A DNA stretch of 64,000 bases from the human T2T-CHM13v2.0 reference genome, Homo sapiens. Each line of letters opens with the position of its first letter. The first letter of the stretch is position 1. Positions 1 through 14,109 of this stretch are shown here, in pieces. The translations under genes were made by a program, and so were the position numbers. The DNA lies in NCBI RefSeq assembly GCF_009914755.1, contig NC_060942.1. The stretch is one strand, 5' to 3'. Below the pieces are notes generated by a model. It was not told the origin of the DNA. It was given only the letters and a program-made list of their open reading frames with translations, and ran no database searches.

Positions 1-815
1 ACTGTTTGTTGGAATGTAAATTAGTACAACTGCTATGGGGAACAGTTTGGAGGTTCTTTAAAAAACTAAAAATAGAGCTGCTATAGGATCCAGCAATTCT
101 ACTGATGGGTATATACCCAAAATAAAGGAAATCAGCATATCAAAGAGATATCTGCACTCCCATGTTTGTTGTAGCACTGTTTGGAATAGCCAAAATTTGG
201 AAGCAACCTAAGTGTGCATCAATAGATGAATGGATAAAGAAAATATGGCACATATACACAATGGAGTACTATTCATCTATAAAAAAGAATGAGATCCTGT
301 CTCTTGCAACAACATAGATGGAACTGGAGGTCATTACATTAAGTGAAATAAGCCAGGCACAGAAAGATAAACATCATATGCTCTCACTTATTTGTGGGAT
401 CTAAAATTCAAAACAATTGAACTCATGGATATAGAGAGTAGAAAAATCATTACCAGAGGTTGGGAAGGGTAATGAGGGGCTGAGGTTGAGGGGAGGTGAA
501 GATGGTTAATGGGTACAAAAAATAGTGAGAAAGAATGAATAAGACCTAGTATTTGATAGCACAACAGGGTGACTACAGTCAACAATAATTTAATTGTACA
601 TTTAAAAATAACTAAAAGACTATAATTGGATTATTTGTGACACAAAATATAAATTCTTTAGGGGATGGAGACCCTAGTTTACATGATGTGATTATTGCTC
701 ATTGCATGCCTGTACAAAAAAAAATGTGCCCCATAAATATATATATCTACTATGTAAACACAAGAATTAAAATTTAAAAATTTAAAAAATTGAAAGATAT
801 TTTAAAAAAGAAAAA
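1..815 (+). mobile_element. LINE-1 3' end (L1MA-like), ORF2 C-terminus remnant plus 3'UTR and A-rich tail
   Basis: Typical L1 3' motifs (ggaagcaacctaagtg, gatgaatggataaagaaaat, ctcacttatttgtggga) ending in an A-rich tail near 760-818. Confidence 0.9.
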
Positions 816-819
816 AAAT

Positions 820-1375
820 CAGGATATAGGCCTGAGCAAAGATTTCCTAAGACATGCCATAAAAATTATAATCCATAAAAGGGAAAATTGATAACTTGGC
901 CTTATTAAAAATTTGGCCCTAGGAAAGGGAAAATAAGAGCTATAGAAAGAGCAATACTATTTGTAAACCACATATGCAACAAAACACTATAATTTATAAA
1001 GAGCTCTCAAAACTCAACAGTAAAAAATCAAATAATCCAAATAAAAATGTGCAAAACACATAAAGAGTACATACAAATAACAAATAAGCACAGGAAAATA
1101 TGTTCAATATCATTAGTTATTAGGGATGTGCAAATTAAAATCACAAGGAGATATCACAATATACGTAACTGAATGGCTAAAATAAAACACAGCTAGAACC
1201 AAATGCTGACAAGGATGCAGAGAAAGTGGATCCCACTCATACATTGCTGGTTGGACTGTAAAATGTTATAGCCAATCTCGATAACAGTTTGGCAGGTTAA
1301 AAACAACAACAACTAGACATGCAACTCTCATATGACTCAAGAATTGTACTACAGGGCATTTATCCCTGCAAAATG
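820..1375 (+). mobile_element. Older LINE-1 (L1M) ORF2 3' fragment
   Basis: Degenerate L1 ORF2 motifs: gcaaattaaaatcacaaggagatatcac, aaatgctgacaaggatgcagagaaa, cattgctggttggactgtaaaatg. Confidence 0.75.
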
Positions 1376-2539
1376 TGGGAAATCAACAGAAACTCTCAGA
1401 TGCAAAGTTCCTTCACAAAAGCATGACAAAATTGCTATGTTCAGGCAACAAAGAAAGATAGACCAGGCTAAAGGAGCCGCACTCTAAGTCCTGTGAAAGC
1501 CATATTGCCCAGCTGAAACTTAATGTTCATTTTCTACACTGGTTTTGTTTAAGCATTGATCTTTTGACAGTGTAGTTTTTGTTTGTTTATTTGTTTCATC
1601 CTTAAAAGGCAGAAATCATTGATGCTGTGACTGGGAGATGGGAGGGTGAAGAGGGAAGTAGCATTGGAATCCCAAATTGGGTAATCCATACGACTTCCAT
1701 TTAATCTTCAGTTGGGTTTTCAGGAAACCCTGCCTTCAATCTCAGTGGCAGTTGGAAAGGTCACAAAATCTATTGTCCACCACTGGAGTCCCAATATTAC
1801 ACTAGGCAGCTAGGAATATATTCCGAGTCTCAGGAGGGCGCAGGCATTCTTTATTCGTCTTTCAGATGACCTTCTCGTCAGTCTGAGATCTTTTCACTGT
1901 GAATTTTCTCCCTTCTTTATTTTTTGTCTTTCTTCCCTGCAGTTTGTCTGACCTTCCTGTTAACTTCTGTATACTATGAATTGTCACATTTTTCTGAATG
2001 GAGTATCTACTTTCTAAGATCAATTGCTTTTCACAGCAAGAGTTTGATAACTTTATTATGCCAACAAGTCTCCTCCCCATAAGTAATGAGGATGCCATGA
2101 GTAACAAGGAGCAAAGGGGCAAGAGATGCTATCCTGCCATATGTCATTTCATTTGAATATAAATGTCCAAGGCGTTTAGAATTTTAAAAAGCTCTCAGTT
2201 TTGTTACTGTGCTACCTGTTACATGTATGGGATTCATGATTGCAATGAACTCTAAACAAACATATTTCTTACCCCAAATTCATAAAATAACATGTTTCTA
2301 ATTTTTGACTGTACTTCTATTATGTTTTTTTGGAAAAAGGTGACAATAAATTTGTATTGATTGCTTACTGTTGCCAAGCACTGCAGGTATTTCATCTTAA
2401 TTCTAGAGGTAAGAATACTATTGGCTAAGAAATACTCATTAGCTTTTCAAAAACAACATAAGTGGAAAGGATATATTTTAGACTTGAAGTTAAAACCAAC
2501 AGACCCATTACACTACAGGCCACAGCCTCCTAAATGTAT

Positions 2540-2900
2540 TTCTTTGCCTGGAACATATTCCCTTTTCTGCCTATTTACGTACAGTGTAAGTCTTCAAGAG
2601 AATCCTTCGTTGACTATTAGAATTCTCGGAAATCTTTCCTTCTTCAAAATTCCTGTAGCACTTATGATATGCCCCACACATTCTCATTCTTGTTCTTTAT
2701 TGGTTAATCATCATTATTTTGTCTCTGCCACTGGATTTCATATCCCTTGAGGTTGGTGACCTTATAAAGAATCTGCAGTACATACAAAAGTCAATAATGT
2801 GCTCTTTAAGTTTGTGGTCTGTCAGGCCTATTCCAAGGATCTGGAATGAAGATGGGATGTTTACAGACATTTGCCAAGGTATGTGAGTAACTGAATGAGG
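2540..2900 (+). mobile_element. LINE-2 fragment
   Basis: ctttgcctggaac..., cccttgaggttggtgacc..., ends gagtaactgaatga, resembling the L2 3' end. Confidence 0.45.
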
Positions 2901-3225
2901 CAAGAGAATGCTTAAAAACAACTATATGAGGCTCTGAGACATAAAATTCTAGTTTAAAGAAAATATGGCACAGGCCGTATCTAGATAGATGGTACACAAG
3001 ATATGTACATGTAAGAATGGAGTCAGTATTTGCAGAGAGAAGATGACTACTAGGACCCAATCTGGGATTTAAATAAAGGCCACTTCTTCTAAAACCTACA
3101 CCTATTACTGTTTTTGTGGTGTTTCCTGATGGACATCTTCTTTGGAATTATTTCTGAAGGAGAGAATTACTGATACCCAGGCTATGTGACTTATCATGCA
3201 TAAATATACCCTGGTCCTTTTGAAA

Positions 3226-3235
3226 CTCTCTCTCC

Positions 3236-3280
<45 letters not shown>

Positions 3281-3285
3281 ACACG
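3226..3285. repeat. Compound (TC)n(CA)n microsatellite
   Basis: Directly visible. Confidence 0.95.
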
Positions 3286-3960
3286 CAGTTTCCTAAATGG
3301 GGATTTGTAGAAAAAATAAATTCGAATGCCATATGTAGAATAAACTTGCAGGTACCTATATCCAATATCGTTCTAGCCCTATATCAAAGAAGTGATTACC
3401 AGACTCGATACCCACTTCCTATCACTCTCACTCCATACAGATTATTTATCTAAAGACTGGATGTAATGTTTTACAATGGACACAGAAATAATAACAAAAA
3501 TAATCATAAGTAAATATGACAAAAGGAAAAATGAAAATCTGAAATCATGTTGTTTAGATAACCTGCTCGTCACTGGGCATGGCTTACTTCAATTATAAAA
3601 TTACTTGTGGTACACATTCATGGGATGCAATTATTTGCATGGTGCGGTAAGTGTCGTTTGTACCCATATCTCTGCTCATGGTGAAATTGCTTTCACTATG
3701 TTTCCAATCTGCCCTTGTTAAAAGGAGAACACAGAGCAGAACACCAAGGAGCTTGTGGAGAGCATATAAAACTCAGAATATAAAACAGAGTTACAGCTCA
3801 GAAGCCACTACCAGAAGAGGAAGTAAAACAGTCAGCCACCACTTTGTAGAGTATATTGGAGGAAAAAACAATTTTCTAGCTAATACAGCAGGAAATTAGG
3901 AATTAAGCATCATTTTAAAGTAAGTGATCAAGTCTTTTCTTTAAATAGAAATAATTCCTT

Positions 3961-4287
<327 letters not shown>

Positions 4288-4636
4288 TCAGGATTACGAC
4301 ACTCAGGAAAGAATAGCAGAACTCTTAATATTCAAAAAGGAGATTAATGCAGAATATGGACAATGACTATAACATCCTATAACACGAATCCAAGGTAAGA
4401 ATATTCACTGTCGCAAATTGATGTTTATGTTAAAATGCACAATATAGGCTCAATTTAGTTTTGATAATATTTTTCAAATTGCAGATTGCCCCTCATGGAG
4501 AGGGTCATTAAATTAATTTAATGGGCCACAAAAACATTTTAAAAAATGAAATTGACTAGACTAGAATAATATGCAATACAAAATATTAGCATGAACTGCA
4601 TGTGGTAAGAGTAAATATTGCTTTGTAAATTTTTTA

Positions 4637-4698
4637 TCTATCTATCTATCATCTATTTACTCATCCATTCATCCATCCATCCACCCACCCACCCACCC
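4637..4698. repeat. (TATC)n/(CCAT)n/(CCAC)n tetranucleotide run
   Basis: Directly visible. Confidence 0.85.
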
Positions 4699-4964
4699 TG
4701 GGTTCATGTGTGGGTCATGGTTAAACACGTTTCAAAGATATTTGCCTTTTCCAGAGTGAATCATGGAAGACCTTATAGTGGTGGTGACACTTTGGCTGAT
4801 TATTAATAAAGGAGAAGAAGTTTTTAAAACAGAAAAAAGGTAGGGAATATGCTTGCCATTCCAGGCAAAAGGAGTAACATTTTGCAAAGGCAAAAATAAC
4901 TCTTGCCAATATTATTACTCTAGCAATGATAATATTATAAGTAAGAAGTCTGTGAAAATAATTT

Positions 4965-6060
4965 TTGGTAATATCTTTACTGAGATAAAATTTGCATATG
5001 AGACAATTCACCTGCTTAAAATATACAATTCAGTGGTTTTTAGTACATTCAAGGTTGTGTAACCATCACTACAACCAATTCTGGAATGTTTTTGTTGCCT
5101 CCAAAAGAAACTCCAGACTATGTAGCAGTCACCACCCCTCATTCCTGCCGTTCTCTGCATCCTGCCTCAGCCTTAGGCAACTACCAGTTTATATTCTGTC
5201 TCTACAGATTTGCCGGTTTTGAACATTTCGCGTAAATGGATTGTGTGATTACATTAATTGATTTTCAGATGTGAAATTTACCTTGCGTTTCTGAAATAAA
5301 TTCCACTTCATCATGATGTATAATGCTTTTTATATGTTGCTGTATTCTTTCCCCCAAGTTTTATTAAGGTATAATTGACAAATTATGTTTACCACATGGT
5401 GTTTTGATAGATGCATCTATTATTGTAAAATAATTAAATGAAGCTAAGTAACATATCCATCATCTCACAAATTTATATGTGTGTGTGTGTGTGTGTGTGT
5501 GTAGAAAACATTTAAGGTCCACTTTCTTAGCACTTTTCAAGTATACGATAAATTGTTAACTATAGTTACCATGCTGTATAATATATCTCCAGAAATTATT
5601 CATTCTAACTGAAACTTAGTACCTTTTGACCAAACTCCTCCCACAAGCCCTGGCAACCATCATTCTACTCTCTGTTTCTATGAGTTCAACTTTTTAAGAT
5701 TCCACATATAAGTGAGATCACGTAGTATTTTTCAGTGTTGGTTTTATTTCACTTGGCAGAATGTCCTCCAGGTTCATCCACATCATTGCAAATGGCAGAA
5801 TTTTCTTCTTTTTAAGGCTGAATAGAATTCCTTTGTATAAATAGCTAGAATTGTATTTTCTTTATCCATTCATTTGTTGATGGACACTTAGGTTAATTCC
5901 ATTCCTTGTCTATTATGAATAGTGCTGTGATGAGCATGGGAGTACACATATCTCTTTGCCTTACTGATTTCATTTGTGTTGCTAAATTTTGTTGAGAATT
6001 TTTGCATCTATATTCATAAGAAATAATGGTCTGTAGCTGTCTGTTCTTGTGTTTTTTTTT
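4965..6060 (-). mobile_element. Composite of antisense old L1 fragments: L1MB/MC-like 3' end, and an ORF2 piece split by an L1MA-like 3' end at about 5355-5975
   Basis: Antisense L1 3' motifs (tatacaattcagtggtttttagtacattc; ccctggcaaccatcattctactctctgtttctatgagttc); ORF2 sequence at 5245-5345 resumes at about 5978; (GT)n at 5478-5502. Confidence 0.8.
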
Positions 6061-7638
6061 GGTCTGGTGAAAACTTTTTGTTTTTTAAGTTGCAGGTCTG
6101 CTCACAACTTTTAATATGCCTCATGATCATTGTGAATCTTTAGGTAGATTCAAGCATTCAAGTTGTTTTAAAATGAAATTCTATTGTCTTGAGTATTTTG
6201 AAACAAATGTTCCACAGAAAATGCTCTGTGAAACACTATTATTGAGTAATAAATGAACATAGTATGTTTTGTGTCCTAGAATAGTTTGATATTTATGGGT
6301 TTTTAAGAATTGCATGGTGAGGAGAGCATTGAAATTAAAATTATTAGAATTATATCAGATCCTCACTCTACAATTTCTGAAGTTTGTCATTGAACTTAAG
6401 GTATACAGAAAACTGAATATATAACTTTCACTCTAAAATTTGAGTTCAAGAATTTTCAGCTAATCCTTTGGTTGTCTTCATGGAATTTGGAAGCTTCTCT
6501 GTCTTTTACATGCTGCATGATGGATGGAGTTTCCATGATGTTTATCTAAACATTCTGAAGTCAGCATTGGGGAAATCGGATAAAAACTGCGACCATTTCA
6601 TAATGTTATTTTAATAAGACGTATTTCTGTCTAAATATGAAGTGCAGTCTTCCAGTGGATGTCTCTGGCTCCCCAAATGACCAGCAATTGTAGGTTTCTA
6701 GTGTTCCCCTGACCTTTTCTAACCCTTTCCAACCCAGATCATAGTAGAAACATTTTGTCCTTCCTTTGCCAGATTTATTTTGCATGTTTGTTAACTTATT
6801 TTCTTTCTCTGCCTGCATTTTACCTGTGGCTTCATAGCCGAGTGTATATAGCCTGATATATTGTTAGCCACCCACATGTCCTCAAAGTATTAGTGGTGGT
6901 CATTAGGCTAACAAGCATATGTGATATGGTGTCGAGTGCTATAAAAATAATCAATGGAAAGCCACTCATCTTGTTATTTTTCTAACCAAGACATTAACTG
7001 CCTCAAGTTAAGGGTAGGCACAGTTTGTTCCTCCTGAGTTATGACAGAGCCAACAGTGTTTCTTTTGCAAACACACTGCAGGAGAGTGTGCATAAATGCA
7101 GCCGTTAGATTGGGTGACAGATCCTCTGTAATCTCATCAGATTAGCATGACTGTTCTTCCTGTTTGGGACTCCCAGAAGTTAGAGGTTTCACTTGAATTG
7201 CAGCAGTATTTTTTTAAGTCTATAATAGCTTCATCCATATCTTGACTCTGGTTTGTAAGCAGAAAGTGGCACTTTTAGACTTTTGTTATTTCAAACATTG
7301 TTTTCTTACATCCTGGCCATAGGACATTTTGTCCACCATCTTTCTAATGGAACTTTGCAGACTGTTCAGTAACAATGTTTTATGCTCTCTATCATTCTAA
7401 TAATCCTCCCCACCTCTGTATTTGCCACCTCCCCAACTCTGTGAATTTTCCAGTAATAATTGTTGGCTTCATCTAGAGAGACAGGTGCCCAGCTTGGGCA
7501 TCTATGTAATACCTTTGCTAACGCACGGAGTTCCACCACTTATTAGAAAACAAGCAATAAATCACAACTGTCTTCAAAAAGAAAGAAGGAAAGCAGTCAC
7601 AAGAAAAACTTGTTGCTCCCATTTTCCTTTTGTGACTC

Positions 7639-7830
7639 ACCTTCTCCTTCTCCTTTCTTCTTCTTCTCCTTTCTTCTTCTTCTTCTTCTTCTTCTTCTTC
7701 TTCTTCTTCTTCTTCTTCTTCTTCTTCTTCTTCTTCTTCTCCTCCTCCTCCTCCTCCTCCTTCTTCTCCTCCTTCTTCTTCTCCTTCTCCTTCTCTTTCT
7801 CCTCCTTCTCCTTCTCCTCCTTCTTCTTGT
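7639..7830. repeat. Pyrimidine triplet tract including pure (TTC)23 followed by (TCC)7
   Basis: TTC x23 at 7671-7739, then TCC repeats and mixed TTC/TCC. Confidence 0.97.
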
Positions 7831-8120
7831 TCTTTGAGACAGAGTCCCCCTGTGTCTCCCAGGCTGGAGTGCAGTGGCACAATCACAACTCACTGCAGCC
7901 TTGACCTCCTGGGCTCAAATGATCCTACCATCTTAGCCTCCTGAGTAGCTGAGACTACAGGGGCATGACACCATGCTTGGCTAATTTTTGTATTTTTGTA
8001 CAGATGGGGTTTTGCCATGTTGCCCAGGCTGGTCTCAAACTCCTGGGCTCAAGTGATCCACTCACCTTGGCCTCCCAAAGTGCTGGGACTACAAGGACAA
8101 GTGTGAGCCACCGCGCCCCA
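7831..8120 (-). mobile_element. AluJ
   Basis: AluJ diagnostics (cactgcagccttgacctcctgggctcaa, ttgcccaggctggtctcaaactcctgggctcaag). Confidence 0.93.
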
Positions 8121-10903
8121 CTGTGATTCTTTTCTATGCTCATTAGAGGAGTCTTTATCTACCCTTACTTCACAGTTTGGCTTTAGACCAGAAAATTGAG
8201 GATCAATTTAAAGTGAATTTTATTTGTTTCAAATCTTTAGTAAACTATGGCATTATGGAAACTCAAGAAGTATGGGTGACTAAGAGCTGCATCTGCACTG
8301 CCTAATGAACCATTCAGCTTGAGGGCCTCACTGTGCTCCCTCTTGTATTGGATAATTCCTCTAGCTAAAGAATCTGCTTTTCAATTCTCTCATCTGCAAA
8401 AAGGAAGACAAATTTTAATTTGCTTTCTAGGATTTATGCCTTTATATATAATAAATCTATGACTTTAGGGTTCTGTATCAATCCAAGTAGATTTTTTTCC
8501 TCTTTCTGAAATATTTGAATTGGTATTAAAATTTTAAGGGGAAAAATATATTGACGAGGTAGAAACTACCAATGGAAACGCAGATTTTTTTAAATTTATT
8601 AATACTGAAAGCATGTTCACTTTGATGTAATAAGCTATCTTATATGTAAATCTGTTATCTGTTTATTGCAGTCTCCATGAGTCCAGGACCTGACTCACTG
8701 AGAAAAACATGAAGGATTATTTGGCATCTGTGAGCAGTTTGCGCAATTGGTGGAAAAGGGATAAATATATTTCTTATTTTTGCTTCTCAGAAAAAAAGTC
8801 ATAAGAACACATAACATGTTTTCAAAATACTTGACTTCCTATAAGAATTTAGTAGTATTATTATTTCATCTTATAAAAATTACTAGTTAGGAAATATTAA
8901 TGTTAAGTAGCCATTCATATGCAAGAGAAATATCTTAACACTCAGGATAACATGCTTCTTAAAACCTCTCCCATTTCTTCAATTCAGCAAATGTGAAGCT
9001 GTACAAACAACTAAAACGCTTTTTTGTCATGGGCATTCCTAAAAATAAAAAAGTAAACTGACACATTGACAACTACAGAGCACCAATAGCTTATTATAAG
9101 TCAGCTGAATCCGTCAGCCTATCCAACTTCCCTGGATAGAGTTTTGAAGATGGAGATCAAAACTTGCCAATCAGTTATTACTTGGATGTGGTCTAGTTTC
9201 AATTAAAGATATTCAAACTTCCTGATTTGTTTGTAAATCTGGGTCCAATTTCTCTCTCTGGATTGTGGTAAAATAATTGAGGAGTCAAGAATATTCTCTT
9301 TTTAAAATATTTATTATTTGCCATTGAATTGATTTGTTCAAAGACATTCAAAAGATTTGCTTCACTTGGTCTTATGAGAATGGGATCATATTTTTACTTG
9401 CTTTAGAATTCTGAAATGAATTGAACTCCTATTGCCTTCCCTGAGGAAATAGCTGAAATATTTGGTGACTACATCTTCCAAAAAGTTCCATTAAAATGCA
9501 AATACTAGCCATTAATTTAAATGAATTTTCTTTCCCTTTAATCAAACTGTTCAATGAAATTAGGATTGGGAGCAGATGTCTTGGCTTCACCAATATATTT
9601 CCTTTTATCCTGTTTACCGTGTACCCTTCTGGTTGACCAGTCACAAGTAGCACCTCATGTCTTCAAAATGTCTATCTTTATCTTTTTTATTTGGTGTCTT
9701 CTAAATTAACATTAAAAGATTAAAAGGAAAGAAAAAATGGTGCCCACTACCCATAAGATACAGATGATATTTTTCTCAGGCAGTGTTTGTCTTTTTATTG
9801 TATTTCCCTATGAGATAGTTTCAGTCTCAGCTATTATTTTAGGTACAGCACTACTTAACTTGCAGCTTTCTTCCTTTGCTCACCTAGTTTTATGACTCCC
9901 CTAGTTCCTTTATAGCACCTTGTTTGTTCAGATTTAACATTTATGAGAACTGCCCTTTTTATTACTTGAGTTTCCTAATAAAAATGCTACGGTGACTTAC
10001 TGTGAAAGATTGAGGGATATGTTTCTTTGGAAAATAGTTGTAGTGACACTTATATACAGGGATAGAAATAGACAAGTCCCTTCTAAGTGCAAGGATCATG
10101 ACATTTATGTCTTTTTTTTCTTATAGCATCTAGCATAATAAAAAGACACATAGCAGGAGACTAACAAATCTTTAGTGAATTGAATTGAACATTCCTAGCA
10201 GTTTTTCTAATGTGAACTGACAATGGATTTTCTGCCTCTCCGGGATGTGACAGGCAGCCTCGAGATAGGTTTTGGATGCACAGAACAATTACTGGATATT
10301 TCAATGGTTTATGACAAACAGTGGTGCAGTGTATTTCAAATAATTATATATGGTTGGCGCATTCAGCACAGTCATATTTGCTCTACAGACATTTACTAAG
10401 CATTGTGTCTCAGTTACAATGATAACTATGATGCTATCCTTGCCTCCAAGGAGCTCACAGTCTGATGCCCTTAGCTAGCTTCAGGAGTACTTTTAGAGAT
10501 GAAGATGTTGTTGTCGAAAGAGGCCAGGCATTCTAGAAGTAGTGTGTTTGAGGCAGTTGAGAATATGTTCCTTTCACTACAAAATTTGTGGTAAACCTTA
10601 AGCAATGTTAAATTGATGCCCCTACCTTGTTTCTCAAAGTATTGTTGATGTGGACTTTTCTTCCCCTAATGTATTTATTTGCCCAGTAATTATTTGGTCA
10701 ACTAATTTCCCTATTTCCTAGGCCAATATGTAGAAATAGAATCCTCAGGTAACTTGAATACCTGCATAGTCATCCTTATTGAATATTAAACTTTTTTGGG
10801 AATAGCTACCTATCTAATATTACATTATCTTTTCTTTGTGATTCTTCTCAATTTAGGTTATTGCTGAAATATGCTATGATGTTACGGTGTTTGGAATGAT
10901 AGT

Positions 10904-11964
10904 TGCTATAGACTGAATATTTGTGTCCCCACTAAATTCTTATGTTGAAATCCTACCACCCAATGTCTTGGTACTAGGAGGTAGAGCATTTGGGAGGTGA
11001 TTTCATCACGAGACTGGAGTCTTCATGAGTGGGATTATTTGCCTTATAAAAGAGATCCCTGAAAGCTCCCTTGTCCCTTCCACCATGTGAGGACACAGTG
11101 AGAAAACAACTGTCTGTGAACTAAGAAGCATGTCCTCACCAGACCCCAAATTTGCCAGTGCCAGTGCCTTGATCTTGTTCTTTCTGAAACCGCTATTTCA
11201 AAATTATAACTGAGACAGTGAAAGAGATCTGACTTAACCAACTCCATCTTACTTCTAACCTCCAAGCTGTCCTTGTTCATTTCGGGGCATAGGCTGAACT
11301 AACTTTGGAGGAACTTAGTTTATAGTTTAAAACAAAGATGATAACAGCCCTTTCCCAAAGCAAACCTCCTTCTTGCTGGAGACTAGACTGCCCTTGTAGG
11401 ACTAACAAATTAGGCACAAGATTAGAAATTATGGTTTAAGAGTCGTGCAGCTGGAGGTTACAAGATTCTCACCCTCCCTAAACTGCTCCTAAGATCAGTG
11501 CTTGAAATATTTTGCTGACCCTGCACTTGATGGATCAGCTGGCACCACCCAGGTAGATAAACTGGCTCATCTGATCTGTGGCCCCCACCCAGGAACTAAG
11601 CACAAAAAGACAGCTTTAATTCCCTATTATTTCATCTCTGACCCAACCAATCAGCCCTCTTGACACACTGTCATTCCCCCACCCACAAAATTGTCCTGAA
11701 AAACTCTGATCCCCGAATGCTCAGGGAGACTGATTTGAGTAGTAATAAAACTTGGGTCTTCCACACAGCCGGCTCTGTGTGAATTATGCTTTCTCTATTG
11801 CAATTCCCCTGTCTTGATAAATCCGCTCTGTCTAGGCAGCAGCCAACGTGAACCCATTGGGCGGTTACATTTCCAGCTTTCAGAACTATAAGAAATAAAT
11901 TTCTGTGGTTTATAAGTCATCCCATTTATGGTACTCTGTTATAGCAACCAAACAGATTAAGACA
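10904..11964 (+). mobile_element. MLT1A-type MaLR solo LTR, interrupted by LTR8
   Basis: Starts tgctatagactgaatatttgtgtcccc, ends cagattaagaca; the two halves (10904-11184, 11870-11964) are contiguous across the insert. Confidence 0.88.
11185..11869 (+). mobile_element. LTR8 (ERV1) solo LTR
   Basis: Termini TGAAACCG...GGCGGTTACA, 685 bp, 4-bp TSD tttc (11181-11184, 11870-11873). Confidence 0.9.
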
Positions 11965-12454
11965 AAAGTACAGAGATTCTACAGAATTCGCCTTTAGATT
12001 CTAGAAGTTGATGTTAGCATTCAGATAATAATAATATCATTATTTTAATGAAAGGAGTTGTGTCACCCTTATAACCTGCTGGTATTTTTAAAAATCTATT
12101 TTTATTGACCTTAACATTGCACAAGACAGAAAAGGGACATGTATTAGCATAGCAAATCCATTTTACATATGCAATTCTGGTGCTCTGAGTTTAAATGACT
12201 TGCAATTATAATCTAAATTTATTAACATTTGAAGTACAAATATTATGTTCAAGACACTTGGTAGATACTCCACACTCTATCATATTTGAAATTTTGAGTG
12301 GGAGAGTTAAAAGTGGGAATGAAAAAATTAACATACATTATCTATTCTATAATTTACAACTACAGATAGTATTGCATGATTTTTATCCAATTACAAGCTT
12401 AATGCTTTTAAGCTTAATATTTGAATATCTTACTCTCTCTCTCTATTTTTTTCT

Positions 12455-13117
12455 TTATTCCTTTAAAAGATGGGGTTTCACTCTGTACTCTGTCATGCAG
12501 GCTGGAGTACAGTGGCATGATCATAGCTTACTGCAGCCTCAAACTCTTGGGCTCAAGTGATCCTCCTGCTTCTGCCTCCTGAGTATCTGGGACTACAGTT
12601 GTGCACAGCCATGCCTGGTTAAACTTTTTTTTATTTCTGGTAGAAATGGGGTCTTGCTTTGTGTATTAGTCTGTTTTCGTGCTTCTGATAAAGACATACC
12701 TGAGACTGGGAAGAAAAAGAGGTTTAATTAGACTTACAGTTCCACATGGCTGGGGAGGCCTCAGAATTACGGTGGGAGGTGAAAGGCACTTCTTACATGG
12801 CAGTGGCAAGAGAAAATGAGGAAGAAGCAAAAGTGGAAACCTCTGATAAACCCATCAGATCTCATGAGGCTTATTCACTATCACAAGAATAGCACAGGAA
12901 TGACCAGACTCCATGGTTCAATTACCTCCTCCTGGGTCCCTCCCACAACATGTGAGAATTATGAGAGATACAATTCAAGTTGAGATTTGGGTGGGGACAC
13001 AGCCAAACCATATCACTTGTTTCCCAGGCTGGTTTCAAAGACCTGCCTTCAAGGAATCCTCCTTCCTCAGATTCCCAAAATGTTGGGATTACAAGTGTGA
13101 GCCACCATCCCCTGCCT
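12455..13117 (-). mobile_element. AluJ interrupted by THE1
   Basis: Alu body 12455-12661 resumes at 13016 (ttcccaggctggtttc...gtgagccacc). Confidence 0.85.
12662..13015 (-). mobile_element. THE1A-like MaLR solo LTR
   Basis: tgtattagtc...gggtggggacacagccaaaccatatca, 354 bp, THE1A-type gggaagaaaaagaggtttaat. Confidence 0.92.
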
Positions 13118-13214
13118 ATTACAATATTTTTTAAAGTACATCAAGCATAATTTTTAGATGCCTCACCATCTAAACTGGCTTGAGAACCTGTACTTTACAT
13201 TTTTATTATTTCAC

Positions 13215-13390
13215 TTAGCAAACAATTTTTGAGCACTTGCTGTCTGACAAGCACTGTTTTCAGCACCATTAGTACAGGTGTTTAGAAAACAAAGCCATTG
13301 CTGTTATAGAGCTTTCATCCTAATGGGTCAGGCAACTAGAAACTAGTATGCAAGCAAATGAAGAGTTTAAGTAGTGATATGTGTGAAAAC
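13215..13390 (-). mobile_element. LINE-2 fragment
   Basis: caatttttgagcacttgctgtctgacaagcactgtttt...gagctttcatcctaatggg. Confidence 0.55.
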
Positions 13391-13562
13391 CTACATGGAA
13401 ATTTCATTCTTCATTAACTATCAAATATATTAAATAATAACATTAAATGTCTACTTAATCTCTTTTTCTGTTATTTATAAGTACTTATAATTAATATTGT
13501 TAAACACCACAGGAGTAGTTTTAATGAAGATAATCTTACAATTTACAACATTGTTCACTCAT

Positions 13563-14098
13563 CGTGATGGTTAACATTGACTGTCAACTTGATTGGATTG
13601 GAGGATGCAAAGTACTGTTCCTGGGTGTGTCTGTGAGGGTGTTGCCAAAGGAGATTAACATTTCAGTCGGTGGACTGGGAGAGGCAGACCCACCCTCAAT
13701 CTGGGTGGGTACCAGCTGCCAGTGTGGCTAGAATAAAGCAGGCAGAAGAACCTGGAAGGGCTTGACTGGCTGAGTCTTCTGGCCTTCATCTTTCTCCTGT
13801 GCTGGATGCTTCCTGCCCTCGAACATCAGACTCCAAGTTCTTCAGCTTTTGGACTAAACTTTCACCAGTAATTTGCTAGGAGCTCTCAGGGCCTTTGGCC
13901 ACAGACTGAAGGCTGCACTGTCAGCTACCCTGCTTTTGAGGTTTTGGGACTCGGACTGGCTTCCCTGGCCAGCTTGCAGATGGCCTATTGTGGGAGTTCA
14001 CCTTGTGATCGCGTGAGCCAATACTCCTTCATAAACTCCCCTTCATACATGCATCTGTACTGTTAGTTCTGTCTCTTTAGAGAGCCCTGGCCAACACA
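13563..14098 (+). mobile_element. MLT2A (ERVL) solo LTR
   Basis: gtgatggttaacattgactgtcaacttgattggattg...agagccctggccaacaca; near-TSD ctcat/ttcat. Confidence 0.92.
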
Positions 14099-14109
14099 TT
14101 CATTCTTTA

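Noticed and set aside
6900-7250. Non-repeat stretch that looks enhancer-like
   Set aside because: Conservation and chromatin cannot be judged from one sequence
7422-7904. Poly-F/E/R/L/K ORFs in several frames
   Set aside because: Translation artefacts of the TTC/TCC tract
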